From Torpedo marmorata (Eukaryota): DNA of 64,000 nucleotides. The DNA is taken from positions 69,130,001-69,194,000 of the forward strand of contig OZ360243.1 of NCBI GenBank assembly GCA_977017645.1. Direction: 5' to 3'. Below the pieces are notes generated by a model, which had not been told where the DNA came from, ran no database searches, and saw nothing but the letters and a program-made list of their open reading frames with translations. Shown here one piece after another: positions 48,247 to 62,060 of the stretch; the first letter of the stretch is position 1, and the number at the start of each line of letters is the position of its first letter. The translations under genes were made by a program, and so were the position numbers.

Positions 48247-49292
48247 TTCTACAGCAAGGCACTGGCTAACCAAGCTAGTCCCCTTTGCCTGCATTTAGTC
48301 CATATGCTTCTCAACCTTTCCTCTCCTTGTATCTGTCCATGACTTTTAAACATTGTATTTGTGCCCCCCCTCTACCCCTTCCCTCGGCAGCTCGTTCCAC
48401 ACCCCCACCTCCCTCTGTGTGAAGAAGGAGCCCCTCAGGTCCCTTTTAAATTTTGCCACTCTCTCTTTAAAGCTATGTGCTCTGGTTTTAGATTCGCCTA
48501 TCATGGGGAAAAGGCCGTGACTATTTACCTTCTCTGTGTGCCTCATGATTTTACAAACCTCTATCGGGTCTCCACTCAGCCTCCGACCCGCCAGAGAAAA
48601 CAACCCAAGTTTGGGTTGCACTATCTGTAAGGAGTTTGTACGTTCTCCCCATGTCTGCGTGGGTTTCCTCCGGGGGCTCCGGTTTCCTCCCACCGTTCGA
48701 AACGTACCGGGGGTTGTCGGTCAATTGGGTGTAATTGGGCGGCACACGCTAGTGGGCCGAAATGGCCTGTTACTGTGCTGTATGTCTAAATTTAAAATTT
48801 TAATTTGTCCAATCCTCTAATCCAGGCAACATCCTAGTAAACCTCTTCTATCCTTTTCCAAATCCTCCACGTCCTTCCTCAAAGGTTCCTTTTATTGTCA
48901 TGTAATAATACATTAAAAATGTAATGTACATGATGTATTTCAACTTTTGTCTGTCGTAAGGCAAACAAAGAATTGCCATGAGCATGGCCTGGTGCCCCTA
49001 ACAATAGGGGCGAGGCGAGATATCTTCCTCGAATCATTTAAAGTGCAACTCTCTGTAGATGTTAAAAAATCCAAAACGATTACCATTTACTGTCATGCAT
49101 GGATGCTGCCTGATCTTCTGAGTTCCTTCAGCATTTTGTGTGTTGCTGAAAAAATAATGCCCCTCTGTTTTAGTGGTTGATAGTAAGATTCTGAGATTTC
49201 TTGCCCTCTTTCCCCACTAGGAACCAAATGATTAGTTTTCTGCAGCATTACCACAGTGCTGTGAATGGATCACAGGGTTTCAGAGTGGATCA

Positions 49293-52029
49293 AAAAGTAA
49301 AACATGAAAATCTGTGGACACCGTGGTTGAAGTAAAAAACACAAATGCTGGAGAAACTCAGCAGGTCAAACAGTGTCTTTTATGTAGCAAAGGTAGAAAT
49401 ACATAACCGACGTTTCGGGCTTGAGCCCTTCATCAAAGTATGAGAAAATGCCGGTAGGCGTCCGAACAAAAGAGTGAGGGGGGAAGGGGGATGGCAAAGG
49501 CAGGAGATGATAGGTGGAGAAAGGAGGGAGGGGACAGCAGCAAAGAGGGGGAGGAGGAATGGCTAGGTAGCTGGAGAAAAACAGGAAGGACGGGTGAGGG
49601 GGGAGGGGAAGGGAACGACAAGCAGGTTTAGTGGAAAGCAGAAAAGTCAATGTTTTTTAAAAATATTTTATTTAAAATTTTTAAATCACAAAATACATAA
49701 AATGGAATATAAAATTATCAAATTCTTTGTGATACAATTTCACCCCCCCTCCCTCCCTCCCCTCCCCAACCCTCCCAACCCCACTAATCTAATAAAAAAT
49801 AAAAATAGAAAAAATAAAAATAGAAAAAGAAGAAAAAAAAGAAAGAAAAAGATAGAGTAAGGGGAATGCCAATCTATAAACTAATTCTATTATGGAGGTC
49901 AAGTATGCCAGCAGATCCGATATCTAGAGATCTTCAAATCCTTAAACCAACAGCTTTCATATATGGGCTCCAAATTTTTAAAAATAAATGATATTTATTA
50001 CGTAAATTATAAGTAATTTTTTCAAGTGGTATACATGAACGAAGTTCTGCATGCCATCTTTCTAATCCTAAATCTAAATCAGATTTCCAAGTAATAGCAA
50101 TGCACTTCTTTGAAACAGCTAAAGCAATTCGCAAAAATTCTATCTGATACATATTTAGTTTCATCTTAATACTAAATTTTCTAATATCTCCAAACAAAAA
50201 TATCATAGGATCCATTGGAAATGTAATCTTAAATACTTTATCTAAAAAAATTTTAACTTTCAACCAAAAATCATAAACTTTTGGACAAAACCATGTACAA
50301 TGTACAAAAGACCCTTCCTCTTTATTATATCTAAAACATAAATCTGATAATGTCGGATTAAATTTCTTTAATTTTTTAGGTGTTAAATATAATTGATGAA
50401 AAAAATTATATTGTACTAGTCTATATCTAACATTAATAATCTTCGTCATACTTAATTTACATAATTCTTTCCAATGATTTTCATCTATTCTTACATTCAA
50501 ATCTAATTCCCATTTTAATCTTGATTTATGCAAACCTACTTTAGGCATTTTCCTCTGAAACAATTTATACATTTGAGAAATAAATTTATTAATATCTCCT
50601 TTAGTAACTATTAATTCTAATTCATTTTGTCTTGGTAAAATCAAAGCATAACCTAATTTTTCAATCAGAAAAGCTCTAATTTGATAATAAGCAAAAAGTG
50701 TATTATCTAATATATTAAATTTATCTTTCATTCTTTGAAACGTAATAAATTTCCCAGCTTCAAAACAATCACTAATCTTCTTAATTCCTTTTTGAAACCA
50801 AATTTTAAATAATTGATTATTAAGAGTAAATGGAATAAGTCCATTTTGATATAAAGGCATCCTTGGAGAAATCAATCCTTTTCCTCCTATTTCCTTATCC
50901 GTCTTATTCCATATTTCTAACAAATGTTTAAAAATAGGCGAATTTTTCTTTCTTGTTGATATTAATTTAGAATCCCATTTATAAATAATTTCTTCTTTAG
51001 AGTCATCACCTATATTATTTAATTCTATTTTAATCTAAGCAGGAGATTTAGTTGAGTCAAAAAATTCATTAACAAATTTTAATTGAGCTGCTTTATAATA
51101 ATTTTGAAAATTAGGAAGTTGCAAACCACCCATTTCATAATTCCAAGTTAATTTTTCTATACCTACTCTTGCTAACTTTCCTTTCCATAAAAATTTCCTA
51201 ATAATTGAATTTAAATCCTTAAAAATTTTTTGAGGAATTCCATAAGGAATTGATTGAAAAAGATATTGAATTCTTGGAAAAATATTCATTTTAATACAAT
51301 TTACTCTTCCCAATAAAGTTATAGGTAAATCTTTCCAATTTTCTAAATCTTTCTTTATTTTCACGAATAATGGTTAGAAAAGTCAATGTTAATGCCATCT
51401 GGCTGGAGAGTGCCGAGACGGAATATGAGATGTTGTTCCTCCAATTTGCGGGTAGTCTGGGTGGGATAGTACATGAGTCCATGGACAGACATGTGAGTGG
51501 GGGAGTGTGACCCGGAATTGAAATGGTTGGCTACTGGGAGGTCGCTGTTGTTGCGGACGGAGAGGAGGTGCTCAGCAAAGCGGTCTCCCAATCTACGACC
51601 GGTCTCTCCAATGTAGAGAAAGCCACAAAGGGAGCACCGGATGCAGTAAATAAGTTCTCTGGATGTGCAAGTGAAGTGTAGTTTCACTTGGAAGGCCTGT
51701 TTGGGGCCCTGGACCGTGGTGAGGGGGGAGGTGTGGGCGCAGGTGTTGCACCTCCTGCGGGCACAGGGGAAGGTTCCGGGGGTGCGATGGGTGGGGAGGG
51801 ATGAGTGCACGAGTGAATCGCGGAGGGAGTGGTCCCTACGGAACGCCGAGAGGGGAGGAGAAGGAAAAATGTGTCTGGTGGTGGGATCCTGTAGTAAGTG
51901 CCGGAAATTCCGGCGGATAATGTGTTGGATGCGGAGGCTGGTGGGGTGGTAGGTGAGGATGAGGGGGATTCTATGTTTGTTACATAAAAGACACTGTTTG
52001 ACCTGCTGAGTTTCTCCAGCATTTGTGTT
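49293..52029 (-). mobile_element. Penelope-like element with an inverted partial pLTR at its 5' junction and 15-bp TSD; contains a nested L1
   Basis: GIY-YIG ORF at 51361-51810. Inverted pLTR piece at 51981-52029. TSD tttcagagtggatca at 49278-49292 and 52030-52044. Confidence 0.9.
49655..51375 (-). mobile_element. AT-rich 5'-truncated L1-clade LINE with 15-bp TSD
   Basis: GRVNCIKMNIFPRIQYLFQ and PLEKITYNLRNKY. TSD agaaaagtcaatgtt at 49640-49654 and 51376-51390. Confidence 0.92.
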
Positions 52030-52432
52030 TTTCAGAGTGGATCAGTTCAGCAAACTACTGCAGGAACTCAGCAGGACAAGCAGCGTCTGCGGAGGCAGAG
52101 GAATGGTCGGTGTGGGTGGGAGAGAGCCAGTATAAAGAGGTGATGGGGAGGGGTGAGGCAGGGGCCAGGAGTGATAGGTGGAACCCTCTCCTCTGGATCC
52201 ACCTATCAGCTACCAGCTCCTGCCCCACCACTCTCTCTCCTCTTCATACTGGCTATCTCTTCTCCATACTCTATCCTGATGCAGAGTCTCGACCCTAAAC
52301 ATCGCCCATCTCTCTGCCTCCACAGATGCTGCTCAACCCGCTGAGTTCCTCCAGCACTTTGTGTTTTGCTGCAGATTCCAGACTCCGGTGTGTGCACAGA
52401 ATCAGCGCCTTGTTTGTGAAATCCCTTTAGAC

Positions 52433-53469
<1,037 letters not shown>

Positions 53470-53789
53470 TTTTAGACTGTTGATTGAATGCTCTGATCAA
53501 AGAAAACATTTAATATCTGGGTCAAAACAGGGTCAACCAGTTTAATCTGGCTTCATATCAAAAGACCCACCTCCCGCTGACATCTTGGGCAGGATGGAGA
53601 ATTGCAGCTTGTCAGTGTGGGACCTGCCCCAGATGTCCCTGAGCTGAAATAGGTCATGGACATCCTCGAGCGTGAGCTTTCAATTAACTTTAGGTTTTGA
53701 TGGTGAAATTCTTCTGTGGGGAATGTAATGCTGTTGTGAACAGATCCGGTTTATAGGAGGGCACAGAAATGAGATGCAGTGACCCTACT

Positions 53790-54290
53790 AAGGCAGCAGT
53801 GGCTAGGAGAACCACTGCCTCAGAGCGCCAGAGACCCCGGTTCAATCCTGACCTCAGGTCCTGTCTGTGTGGAGTTTGCACGTCCTCCCTGGGATCGGGT
53901 GGGCTCACCCCCTGCCAAAGGTGCTCCAATTTCCTCCCACATCCCAGATCCACGGGTCAGAGGGTTAACTGGCCGCTGTAAATTATTCGCAGTAAGTAGA
54001 GTTGGCGAAAATAAAAATAGGATTAATGTAATCCTACAGTTTAGCCTAGCGGTTGGTGCGATGCTCTTACAACGCCAGCGACCGGTACCGGGGTTCGAAT
54101 CCCGCACTGTCTGTATGGAGTTTGTACGTTCTCCGCGTGTCTGTGTGGGTTTCCTCCGGGTGCTCCGGTTTCCTCCCATCCTTCAAAACGTACTGGGTTG
54201 AAGGTCAATTGGGTGTAATTGGGCAGCACGGGCTTGTGGGCCGAAAGGGCCTGTTACCGTGCTGTATGTCTAAATTTAAATTTAAAATGT
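53790..54290 (+). mobile_element. Two adjacent or nested V-SINE-like SINEs
   Basis: Two tRNA-like heads (near 53820 and 54070), each followed by the conserved core. Confidence 0.75.
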
Positions 54291-54583
54291 GAGTGTGATG
54301 TCAGCACAGACTCGTTGGGCTGAAGGGACTGTGTCTGCGCTGCATCTCTCGAGGACATTTTGAAACAAAGTTGAATGACCTACTTCTAGTGGATGAGAGA
54401 AGTCAGGATTTCCAACCCAAGCTTTTCCTTATGTTCACTCTCAGACACCTGACATGCCCTGACCAGTCGTAGCCCCCTCCACGTTGACCCAATGGCCAAG
54501 TCAGTGCCCCAGCACCTTTACTTGCTCAGAGAAGATTTACTGGGATGTTGCTGGGACTTGAGGAACTGAGTTATAGGGAAAGG

Positions 54584-54802
54584 CTGGAGGAACTCAGCAT
54601 ATCTCGCAGCGTCCATAGCAGGTGAAGATATATAACCGACGTTTCGGGCCTGAGCCCTTTTTCAAGATAATGAAGAAGGGCTCAGGCCCAAAACGTCAAT
54701 AATATATCTTATCTCCTAAGGACGCTGCGAGACCGGCTGAGTTCCTCTAGCATTTCTGTGTTTTTACTACAATCACAGCATCTGCAGACTTTTGTGTTTC
54801 CC
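54584..54802. mobile_element. Inverted PLE pLTR pair with two hammerhead-like cores, inserted in a CR1 fragment (54520-55235)
   Basis: gacgtttcgggcctgagccctttttcaa / tgaagaagggctcaggcccaaaacgtc. Near-TSD tatagggaaagg / tacagggaaagg. Confidence 0.85.
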
Positions 54803-55504
54803 TACAGGGAAAGGTTAAACAGGTTAGGACTTTATTCCCTAGAGCGTAGAAGAATGAGGGGAGATTTGATAGAGGTATTTAAAATTACAATGGGGATAGA
54901 CAGAGTAAATGTAATAGGCTTTTTCCACTGAGGGTAGGTGAGATACAAACAGAGGACATGGGTTAAGGGTGAAAGGGGAAAAGTTCAGGGGGAACATGAG
55001 GGGGAACTTCTTCACACAGAGAGTGGTGGGAGTGTGGAACGATCTGCTAGCTGAAGTGGTGAATGCGGGCTCAATTTTAACATTTAAGAAATTTGGACAG
55101 GTACATTGATGGGAGAGATATGAAGGGCTATGGACTGGGTGCAGGTCAGTGGGACGAGGCAAAATAATAGTTCGGCACAGACTAGAAGGGCCGAAGGGGC
55201 CTGTTTCTGTGCTGCAATGTTCGAATGTTCTAATTCTGAGTAAGTTTGGCATGTCACCTGCATCTCTTAACGGCTTCTGCAGGGGCACCATTGAAAGCAT
55301 CCTGCCAGGGTGCTAAACACAATCTGCTGGAGGAACTCAGCGGGTCGAGCTGCATCCGTGGGAGAGAAAGAGCGGTTGATGTTTTGAGCTGAATGTCTTT
55401 ATCAAGACTGAGAAAATGCTGTATAGAAGCCCATGTCAAGAGGGCAGGGTGGGAGGGGTGGAGCAGTGGCCCCGTGTGGGACTGGGCAGGGGTGGGATTG
55501 GATG

Positions 55505-56393
55505 GAGATTGAAAACCTGGCTGAATGGTGCACCAAAAACAACCTTGCACTCAATGTCACCAAAACTAAGGAGCTGATTGTTGACTTCAGGAAAGGAAAG
55601 CCAGAGGTATACAATCCAGTGATCATTGGGGGATCAGAGGTGGAGAGGGTGAGCAAATTTAGGTTTTTGGGAGTCACTATCTCGGAGGATTTTTCCTGGA
55701 GCCAACACACCAATGGCATCGTGAAGAAAGCACGTCAGCGCCTCTACTTCCTCAGGAGTTTGCGGAGGTTTGGTATGACATCGGAAACCCTGGCAAATTT
55801 CTACAGATGTGTGGTGGAAAGTGTGCTGACCGGCTGCATCATGGTCTGGTATGGGAACACCAATACTCCTGAGCGTAAAGCCCTCCAAAAGGTAGTGGAC
55901 GCAGCCCAGGACATTCCAGGCAAAACCCTCCCCACTATTGAGTACATCTACAGGGAACGCTGCCGTCGGAGGGCAGCAGCAATCATCAAAGACCCACACC
56001 ACCCAGCACACGCTCTGTTCTCGCTGCTGCCATCAGGAAAGAGGTATAGGTGCCACAAGACTCGCACCACCAGGTTTAGGAACAGCTGCTACCCCTCCAC
56101 CATCAGACTCCTCAACGACAAAGTCAAATCAGAGACTCATTTAAGGACTCTTACTCGTGCACTTTATTGATTTTTCTTTGCTCTCTCTGTATTGCACAGT
56201 TTCATTTTCATTTTTTTCAGTTTCATTCGTTACCTGTTAGCAGTTCTTTTGATTGTTTACATGTTTATGCTGTGTACAGTTTACTTTTTGCACTACCAAT
56301 TAGTGGTAATTCTGCCGCGCCCGCAGGAAAAAGGAATCTCAGGGTTGTATGTGACGTCATGTATGTACTCTGAAAATAAATCTGAAATCTGAA
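55505..56393 (+). mobile_element. Rex1/Babar-like LINE 3' fragment
   Basis: WCTKNNLALNVTKTKELIVDFRK...; tail aataaatctgaaatctgaa. Confidence 0.88.
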
Positions 56394-57485
56394 GCAGGTA
56401 GAGGTAAAACATGACAGACAAAGGCAGAGGATTGGCAGTCTTTTTATATGCTCTCGGTGTGTGATCACACCACATAGCGATATAAGACCACAAGACATAG
56501 CGATATAAGACCATAAGACCACATAGCGATATAAGACCATAAGACATAGGAGCAGAAATAGGCTATTCAGCCCATCATGAGCTGATCCATTTTCCCACTC
56601 AGCCCCACTGCCCGGCCTTCTCCCCGTAACCTTTGATGCCCTGGCTAATCAAGAACCTATCAATCTCTGTCTTAAATACACCCAATGTGTGGGTACTGGG
56701 AGCCAGCTTTCACAACTCCATCTCTCTTTCCTTCCGAGTAGAGATGTACAACCTTGCACTGCCCAAATTTTGACCAGGACCTCTTTCATTTACTGGTACT
56801 ACAACGCAATCGAACAGGAGAGGTTCAGCCACAAGGTGACAGGAACACTCGAATTGTTCTTGTAACAAAGGCAACTGATAGAAATGACAAACTCCCTGCA
56901 GAGCAAGGTTTGAGTGTGGAGTCCTCCTGATGTGCCTGACTTAGCAGCAGGAAAAGAAATCATCCATCAAACCACTGGGAAGCCCAGAGTTCAAGTATTG
57001 TTCTGTCAAGACGTTGTTCCCCCTTTAAAAAGTCATGTGACCAAAAGTCTGCTCTGACACGGGTGCCTTTGATTTGATTTTTTTTTCTGTTGCTAGGGGA
57101 GATAATGTCATCCAACATCATTCAGTCCGTGGTGTCAGACATAGTGGCTGGATTAATGGAACGGTTAGATACAAATAAAAGGCATCTGTGACGTAGCGTG
57201 ACCCCACATCAGCAGTGCAATGCCCCCGAGGGAGGTTCCACTAAAAATAAAGCTGCCCCATCCATCAGGGTGATTCACATCAACACACTGGGCCTGTCTT
57301 ACACATCTCTCAGCAATTTCCTTCCAATATATATCATGCTTCGGTCCAAAGCCTTGCATCATTCCAAGATCCGTTCCCATATCACAGAGGCCAGTTCAAC
57401 AAGTGTCTGGGATGCAGTGTGATGTTACAGGCCAGTGTAACTATGTTAACTGTGTAAACCACTCTGATTGGGAAGGACATTGAGC

Positions 57486-57606
57486 CTTTAACAGCACCAA
57501 TAGCCTGAATACGACTGGGAATGTCTGATCTCAGAAGCTAAGCAGGCACAGGACTGGTCAGTACTTGGAGGGGAGACCGCCAAGGAACACCAGGTGCTGT
57601 AGGTTT
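57486..57606 (+). pseudogene. 5S rRNA-derived sequence (5S pseudogene or SINE3 head)
   Basis: gtctgatctcagaagctaagcagg...ctggtcagtacttggagggagaccgcc-like...ggtgctgtaggttt resembles vertebrate 5S rRNA, including the internal promoter region. The 5' end is diverged. Confidence 0.85.
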
Positions 57607-57659
57607 CTGAGGGGCGCTGGGTATATGTACATACATACACACTAACACAAACATCCATA

Positions 57660-58105
57660 TGCAAGATCATGTGCACACACACATCTCGCTTAAACATACA
57701 CACAAAAGCAATCTCAGTCTCTCACACACCCACAACACCCACAAATCCCCATTTCCATCTTCCACCTTCCTCTCATACACACGTCTCTCCCTCTCTCTCT
57801 CTCTCTCTCTCACACACAAGCACACACAGGCGTAGACACAATACACATACACACACAGGCACAGACACGATACACAGACACACAGAGGCACAGACACAGA
57901 CACAATACACAGACACACACTCGCACAGACACAGACAGACACACACATAGACACACACGCATATGCATAGACACGATACAGACACACACACACACTGACA
58001 CAGACATATACAGACACACACATAGTCACACATTCATACAGACACAAACACTCACACACACACTCACACACACTCACTCACACACTCACTCACACACACA
58101 CATAC
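57660..58105. repeat. (AC)/(ACAG)-rich microsatellite
   Basis: Low complexity. Confidence 0.9.
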
Positions 58106-59311
58106 TTGAAGACACAACGTTCACTGATTGGAGGTAGATCTATACATTGTACAGAGACACAAGGAACTGGAGGTACTGGAATCTGGAGCAACAAACCATC
58201 TGCTGGAGGAACTCAGCGGGTTGAGCAGCATCAGTGGAAGAAAAAGATTTGTCCACGTTTTAGGTCCTGGGTTCTGACCCAAAATATTGACCATTACTTT
58301 TCTCCCACAGATGCTGCTCGATCGACGAGTTCCTCCAGCAGTTTGTGTTTTGCTCTAAATATTGTGTCCTGAGTAAAGATACTGTTGGGTACCTGATCTC
58401 ACTGACTGACAGAGCAGGGAGAATGGCAAAAATCACCCCCTCCTGTCCCTTTGTAACTCACTAACTGTTTATTTCCTATCTGTTACAGAGTCACATAGAT
58501 ACAGCCCTCTAAATCTGCACCAACCACCAATTCACACCAACCCCACATTAATCCCAAGTATTACTCCCCCCAAATTTTCATCAACATCCCCCTCCCACAG
58601 ATTTTACCAATTAATGACACGCTTTTTATGAATAAAATTGACGAAGGCAGATGTGGTACACAGGGACGTTTGCAATCTCTAGATAAGGTGCTGCACCGTC
58701 AGCTGGAGCAGGGAGTTGGGGCACGTGAGGTCGAAGGTGTTTTGGCAAACTGGGTCCAAAACTGATGGTGTTATGAGGCGGAGGGTTGCTTTTGTAACCA
58801 GAAGTCCGTAACCAGTGGGGCGCTGCAGGGGTTGGTGTTTGTTGTTTGTCAGAGATACATAAGTGACTTGGATATGAACGTCTCTGATCTGATAAGTAAG
58901 TGCGTTGACACGGATTGGTGGAATTGTAGATAGCAGGGATGGTTGTCCAAGGATATAGGACAGAGATCAACTGAAAAGTTGAGTGGAGTAGTGGCAGATG
59001 AAATTTAATCCTGAACACTGAAGGACCCTTCGCACCCTGGACACATCCTCTTCTCCCTCCACCCATCGGGGAGAAGGCTCCAGAGTGTGAAATCACGCAG
59101 CAACTGGCTTAAAGGCAGCTAAACACACCCTGCCGGAGCATCTCAGCAGGTCAAGAGGCATCAGTGGGAGAAAAAGAATGGTTGATATTTCGAGCAGAAA
59201 CCTTTTATTGAGATTTTATCACAATAGTCTTATTGTGCTCTTCTTTACATGGCTGTATGAATGTTAGAACTAACCTGTTAGACTGCTCACAGAAGAACCC
59301 TTCTCACTGTA

Positions 59312-59469
59312 CAGTAAGTCCTTGAATAACGTTGTTTCATTATAACATTGATGAGAAAAAAAATACTGCAGTACTTTACCGCGATATAAAATTGGTTTCG
59401 TTTAACGTCGTTTCCCTTAAAGCAGCACTTTCCAAGAATGTATCATCAACGTTAAGTGAGGACCTACTG
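59312..59469. mobile_element. Tigger-like MITE with TA TSD
   Basis: ta|cagtaagtccttgaataacgttg ... caacgttaagtgaggacctactg|ta. Confidence 0.8.
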
Positions 59470-59504
59470 TACTAGGTATAATGTGAAAAATAAACTTAAA
59501 CTAA

Positions 59505-60380
59505 ATTAATCCAGACAAGTGCGAGGTAATGCTTTTGGGTGGTCTAATACTGGGTGGTCAAATGTACAGAGGATACAGCAGGGATCTTAGAAGCACAGAT
59601 GTACAAAGGGACATTGGGTATGGCTCCATAACTCCCTGGAAATGGCGACACAGTTGGCTAAGGTAGTGAAGAAGGTGTTTAGCTTGCTTGCCTTCATAGG
59701 CAGAGATACTGAGTACAAGAACTGGGTGGTCATATTGAAGCTATACAGAACAATGGCTAGGCCATACCTTAAATATTGCATGCTGTTCTGGCCACCCCAC
59801 TGTAGAAAGGATGTGGTAGCAATAGAGAGAGGGCATAAGAGATTCACCAGGATGTTGGCTTTAGTTACAAGGAGAGATTGGATAGGCTGGGATTGTTCTC
59901 ACTGGAGCATAGTCCATTAAAATATGGGGCATAGAGAGGGTAGATAGTCACAAACCTCTACTCAAGGTAGAGGAGTTAAACACTAGAGGGCATAGTTTTA
60001 AGATGAGAGGGGAAAGATTTAACCGTTTGGACTCTGTGTCCTAGTTTTCTGGGACTGATTTTATACCCAACCATGCACTGTACTTCAATTATGTAAAGGT
60101 TTACCCATGGACCCAGTCCGGAGTATATATGATGAAAGGTTAAAAATGGCCGAGTCCAAAGGGTTAAAGGAGAGGCAAGTTTTTCACACAGAGGGTGTGT
60201 GGAACGAGAGGAAGAGGTGGAGGTGGGGACAGTTGCATATTTAAAAGACATTTGGATGGATAGGAAAGATTGAGTGGGATATGGGCCAAACGCAGGAAAG
60301 TAGGATTAGCGAAGATAGGCATTGTGGTTGGTATGAGTGAGTTGGCCGAAGGGCCTGTCTCTGTGCTGTATAACTCTATG
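59505..60380 (+). mobile_element. Degraded CR1 3' fragment
   Basis: KVVKKVFSLLAFIGR...LYRTMARPYLKYC. Confidence 0.75.
60023..60163. mobile_element. 141-bp piggyBac-like MITE
   Basis: TTAA|ccgtttggactc ... gagtccaaaggg|TTAA (11/12 TIR match), inside a CR1. Confidence 0.8.
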
Positions 60381-61456
60381 ACTAATGGCACTTTACAATG
60401 GCCAATCAACCTCCCAACCTGTACGCCTTTCAGATGTGGGAGGAAACCGGAGAACCCCGGGGGAAAGCCACATGGTCTCAGGGAGAACATGCAAACTCCA
60501 CAAGGGCAGCATCAGGATTGAACCCGGGTATCTGGTGCTATGACAGAGCAGTTCTACCTGCTGCGTCACTGAGCCGCCCCTAAATAACGGAGAACAGTCG
60601 ATGTCGGAGGAAACTTTCATCAGCCCTCGTCCTTTCTTACAGACGAAGGAGATCGGAGTAACCACTGACACTGATACTGTGTGCGGCAGACAAGGAGAAA
60701 AATATCTGTATACAGAACAGGCATTAAAACAAAATCACACTAAAGTAAATACAAGACTCATATTATATTAAAGTGAACTTGGTTGTCTTCTGTGAAGTGA
60801 CATTGTTTGTGTCAGACTGCTCAACTGCAGGAGGTATTAAGCCCTGAAACTGCAGGTCCTCCCAGCCGAGACATTACAAAAACACAGTAAATAAAATATC
60901 TGGGACGTCCTGTCAGTTATAAGGGGTAGTGCACAGAATTAATAACAGAGAAACCTTGCAGGCCAGTCTGTTCCGATAATTCATATGTGAGCAGCATGAA
61001 GAACAGTTTCCTGAGGATCAACATGACAAAATTCTTTCTAAACAGGTCAGTGAAAAAGGCAGGGCAGAAACCAATACTACTTGACATTTTGCCAAATTAA
61101 GAACTGCACTTAAAGACCATGGTCTCTCAGGACTCTGGGAGAGAAAGAGAGCAGGGTTTTAAAACTAGGGCCCTTGTTCGGTAAAGAGCTTAAGTCATGG
61201 TGTTGTTTAGTGAGGCAAGTTAATTTCTGCAAATCAGTTGTGACAGAGTGCCCAGACTGATGTACACTGGGCTACAGTTGTTCTGACTACACACCTCATC
61301 CATTCCTTAATAACATTTCATTTCAGTTTTAAAATAGAAAACTGCTCTTCAGTTACTTTGGTCTTCAAGGCAATTCCAAGACACTGGGGGTAAGATCTGC
61401 ACCGATGTGTCTGTTCACGTGTAGGAGGTGCAACTGAATGTATGAATGAGGCCAGT

Positions 61457-61744
61457 AAAACACAAAGCTGGAGAAACTCAGCAGGTCAAACAGTGTACTT
61501 TATACAGCAAAGATAAAGATACATAACCAACGTTTCAGGCTTGAGCCCTTCATCAAGGTATGAACAAAATGTAGGCAGGTGCCCAAATCACCTTGATCAT
61601 AACTTGATGAAGGGCTCAAGCCTGAAATGTTGGTTATGTATTTTTACCTTTGCTACACAAAGTACACTGTTTGACCTGCTGAGTTTCTCCAGCATTGTGT
61701 TTTTACTTCAATCATAGTGTCTGCAGACTTTTGTGTTTTACTCA
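61457..61744. mobile_element. Inverted PLE pLTR pair with two hammerhead-like cores
   Basis: Arms ~61457-61557 (-) and ~61603-61744 (+). Flanking duplication tatgaatgag at 61441-61450 and 61745-61754. Confidence 0.88.
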
Positions 61745-61754
61745 TATGAATGAG

Positions 61755-62060
61755 ACAGTGTTTGTACATCTGTTGGTGCATTCGTCAGTGAATGTGTGTG
61801 AGAGTATGCATTTGTGCATACTTATATGTACATTTCTGTGTGCACCATTTTGTGTGTATGTCTGTTTGTGTGTGTGTGTCTGTGTGTGAGTGTGCGCGCG
61901 CCATTGTGTGTGTGAGAGAGTGTGCGCCCATGTACATACGTTCATCGTGTCCCTGAGAGGGTGTATGAGCATGCTTGTATGGGTTTGTTTGTGTGCACAT
62001 GTACATGTGTGTGTGTGCGCGCAGCTACACACTGGACATGTTCATGTGTTTGTGAGAGTG
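61755..62060. repeat. (TG)-rich microsatellite
   Basis: Low complexity. Confidence 0.85.

Noticed and set aside
57486-57606. Functional 5S rRNA gene
   Set aside because: Diverged 5' end, substitutions in the internal promoter region, single copy, no T4 terminator.
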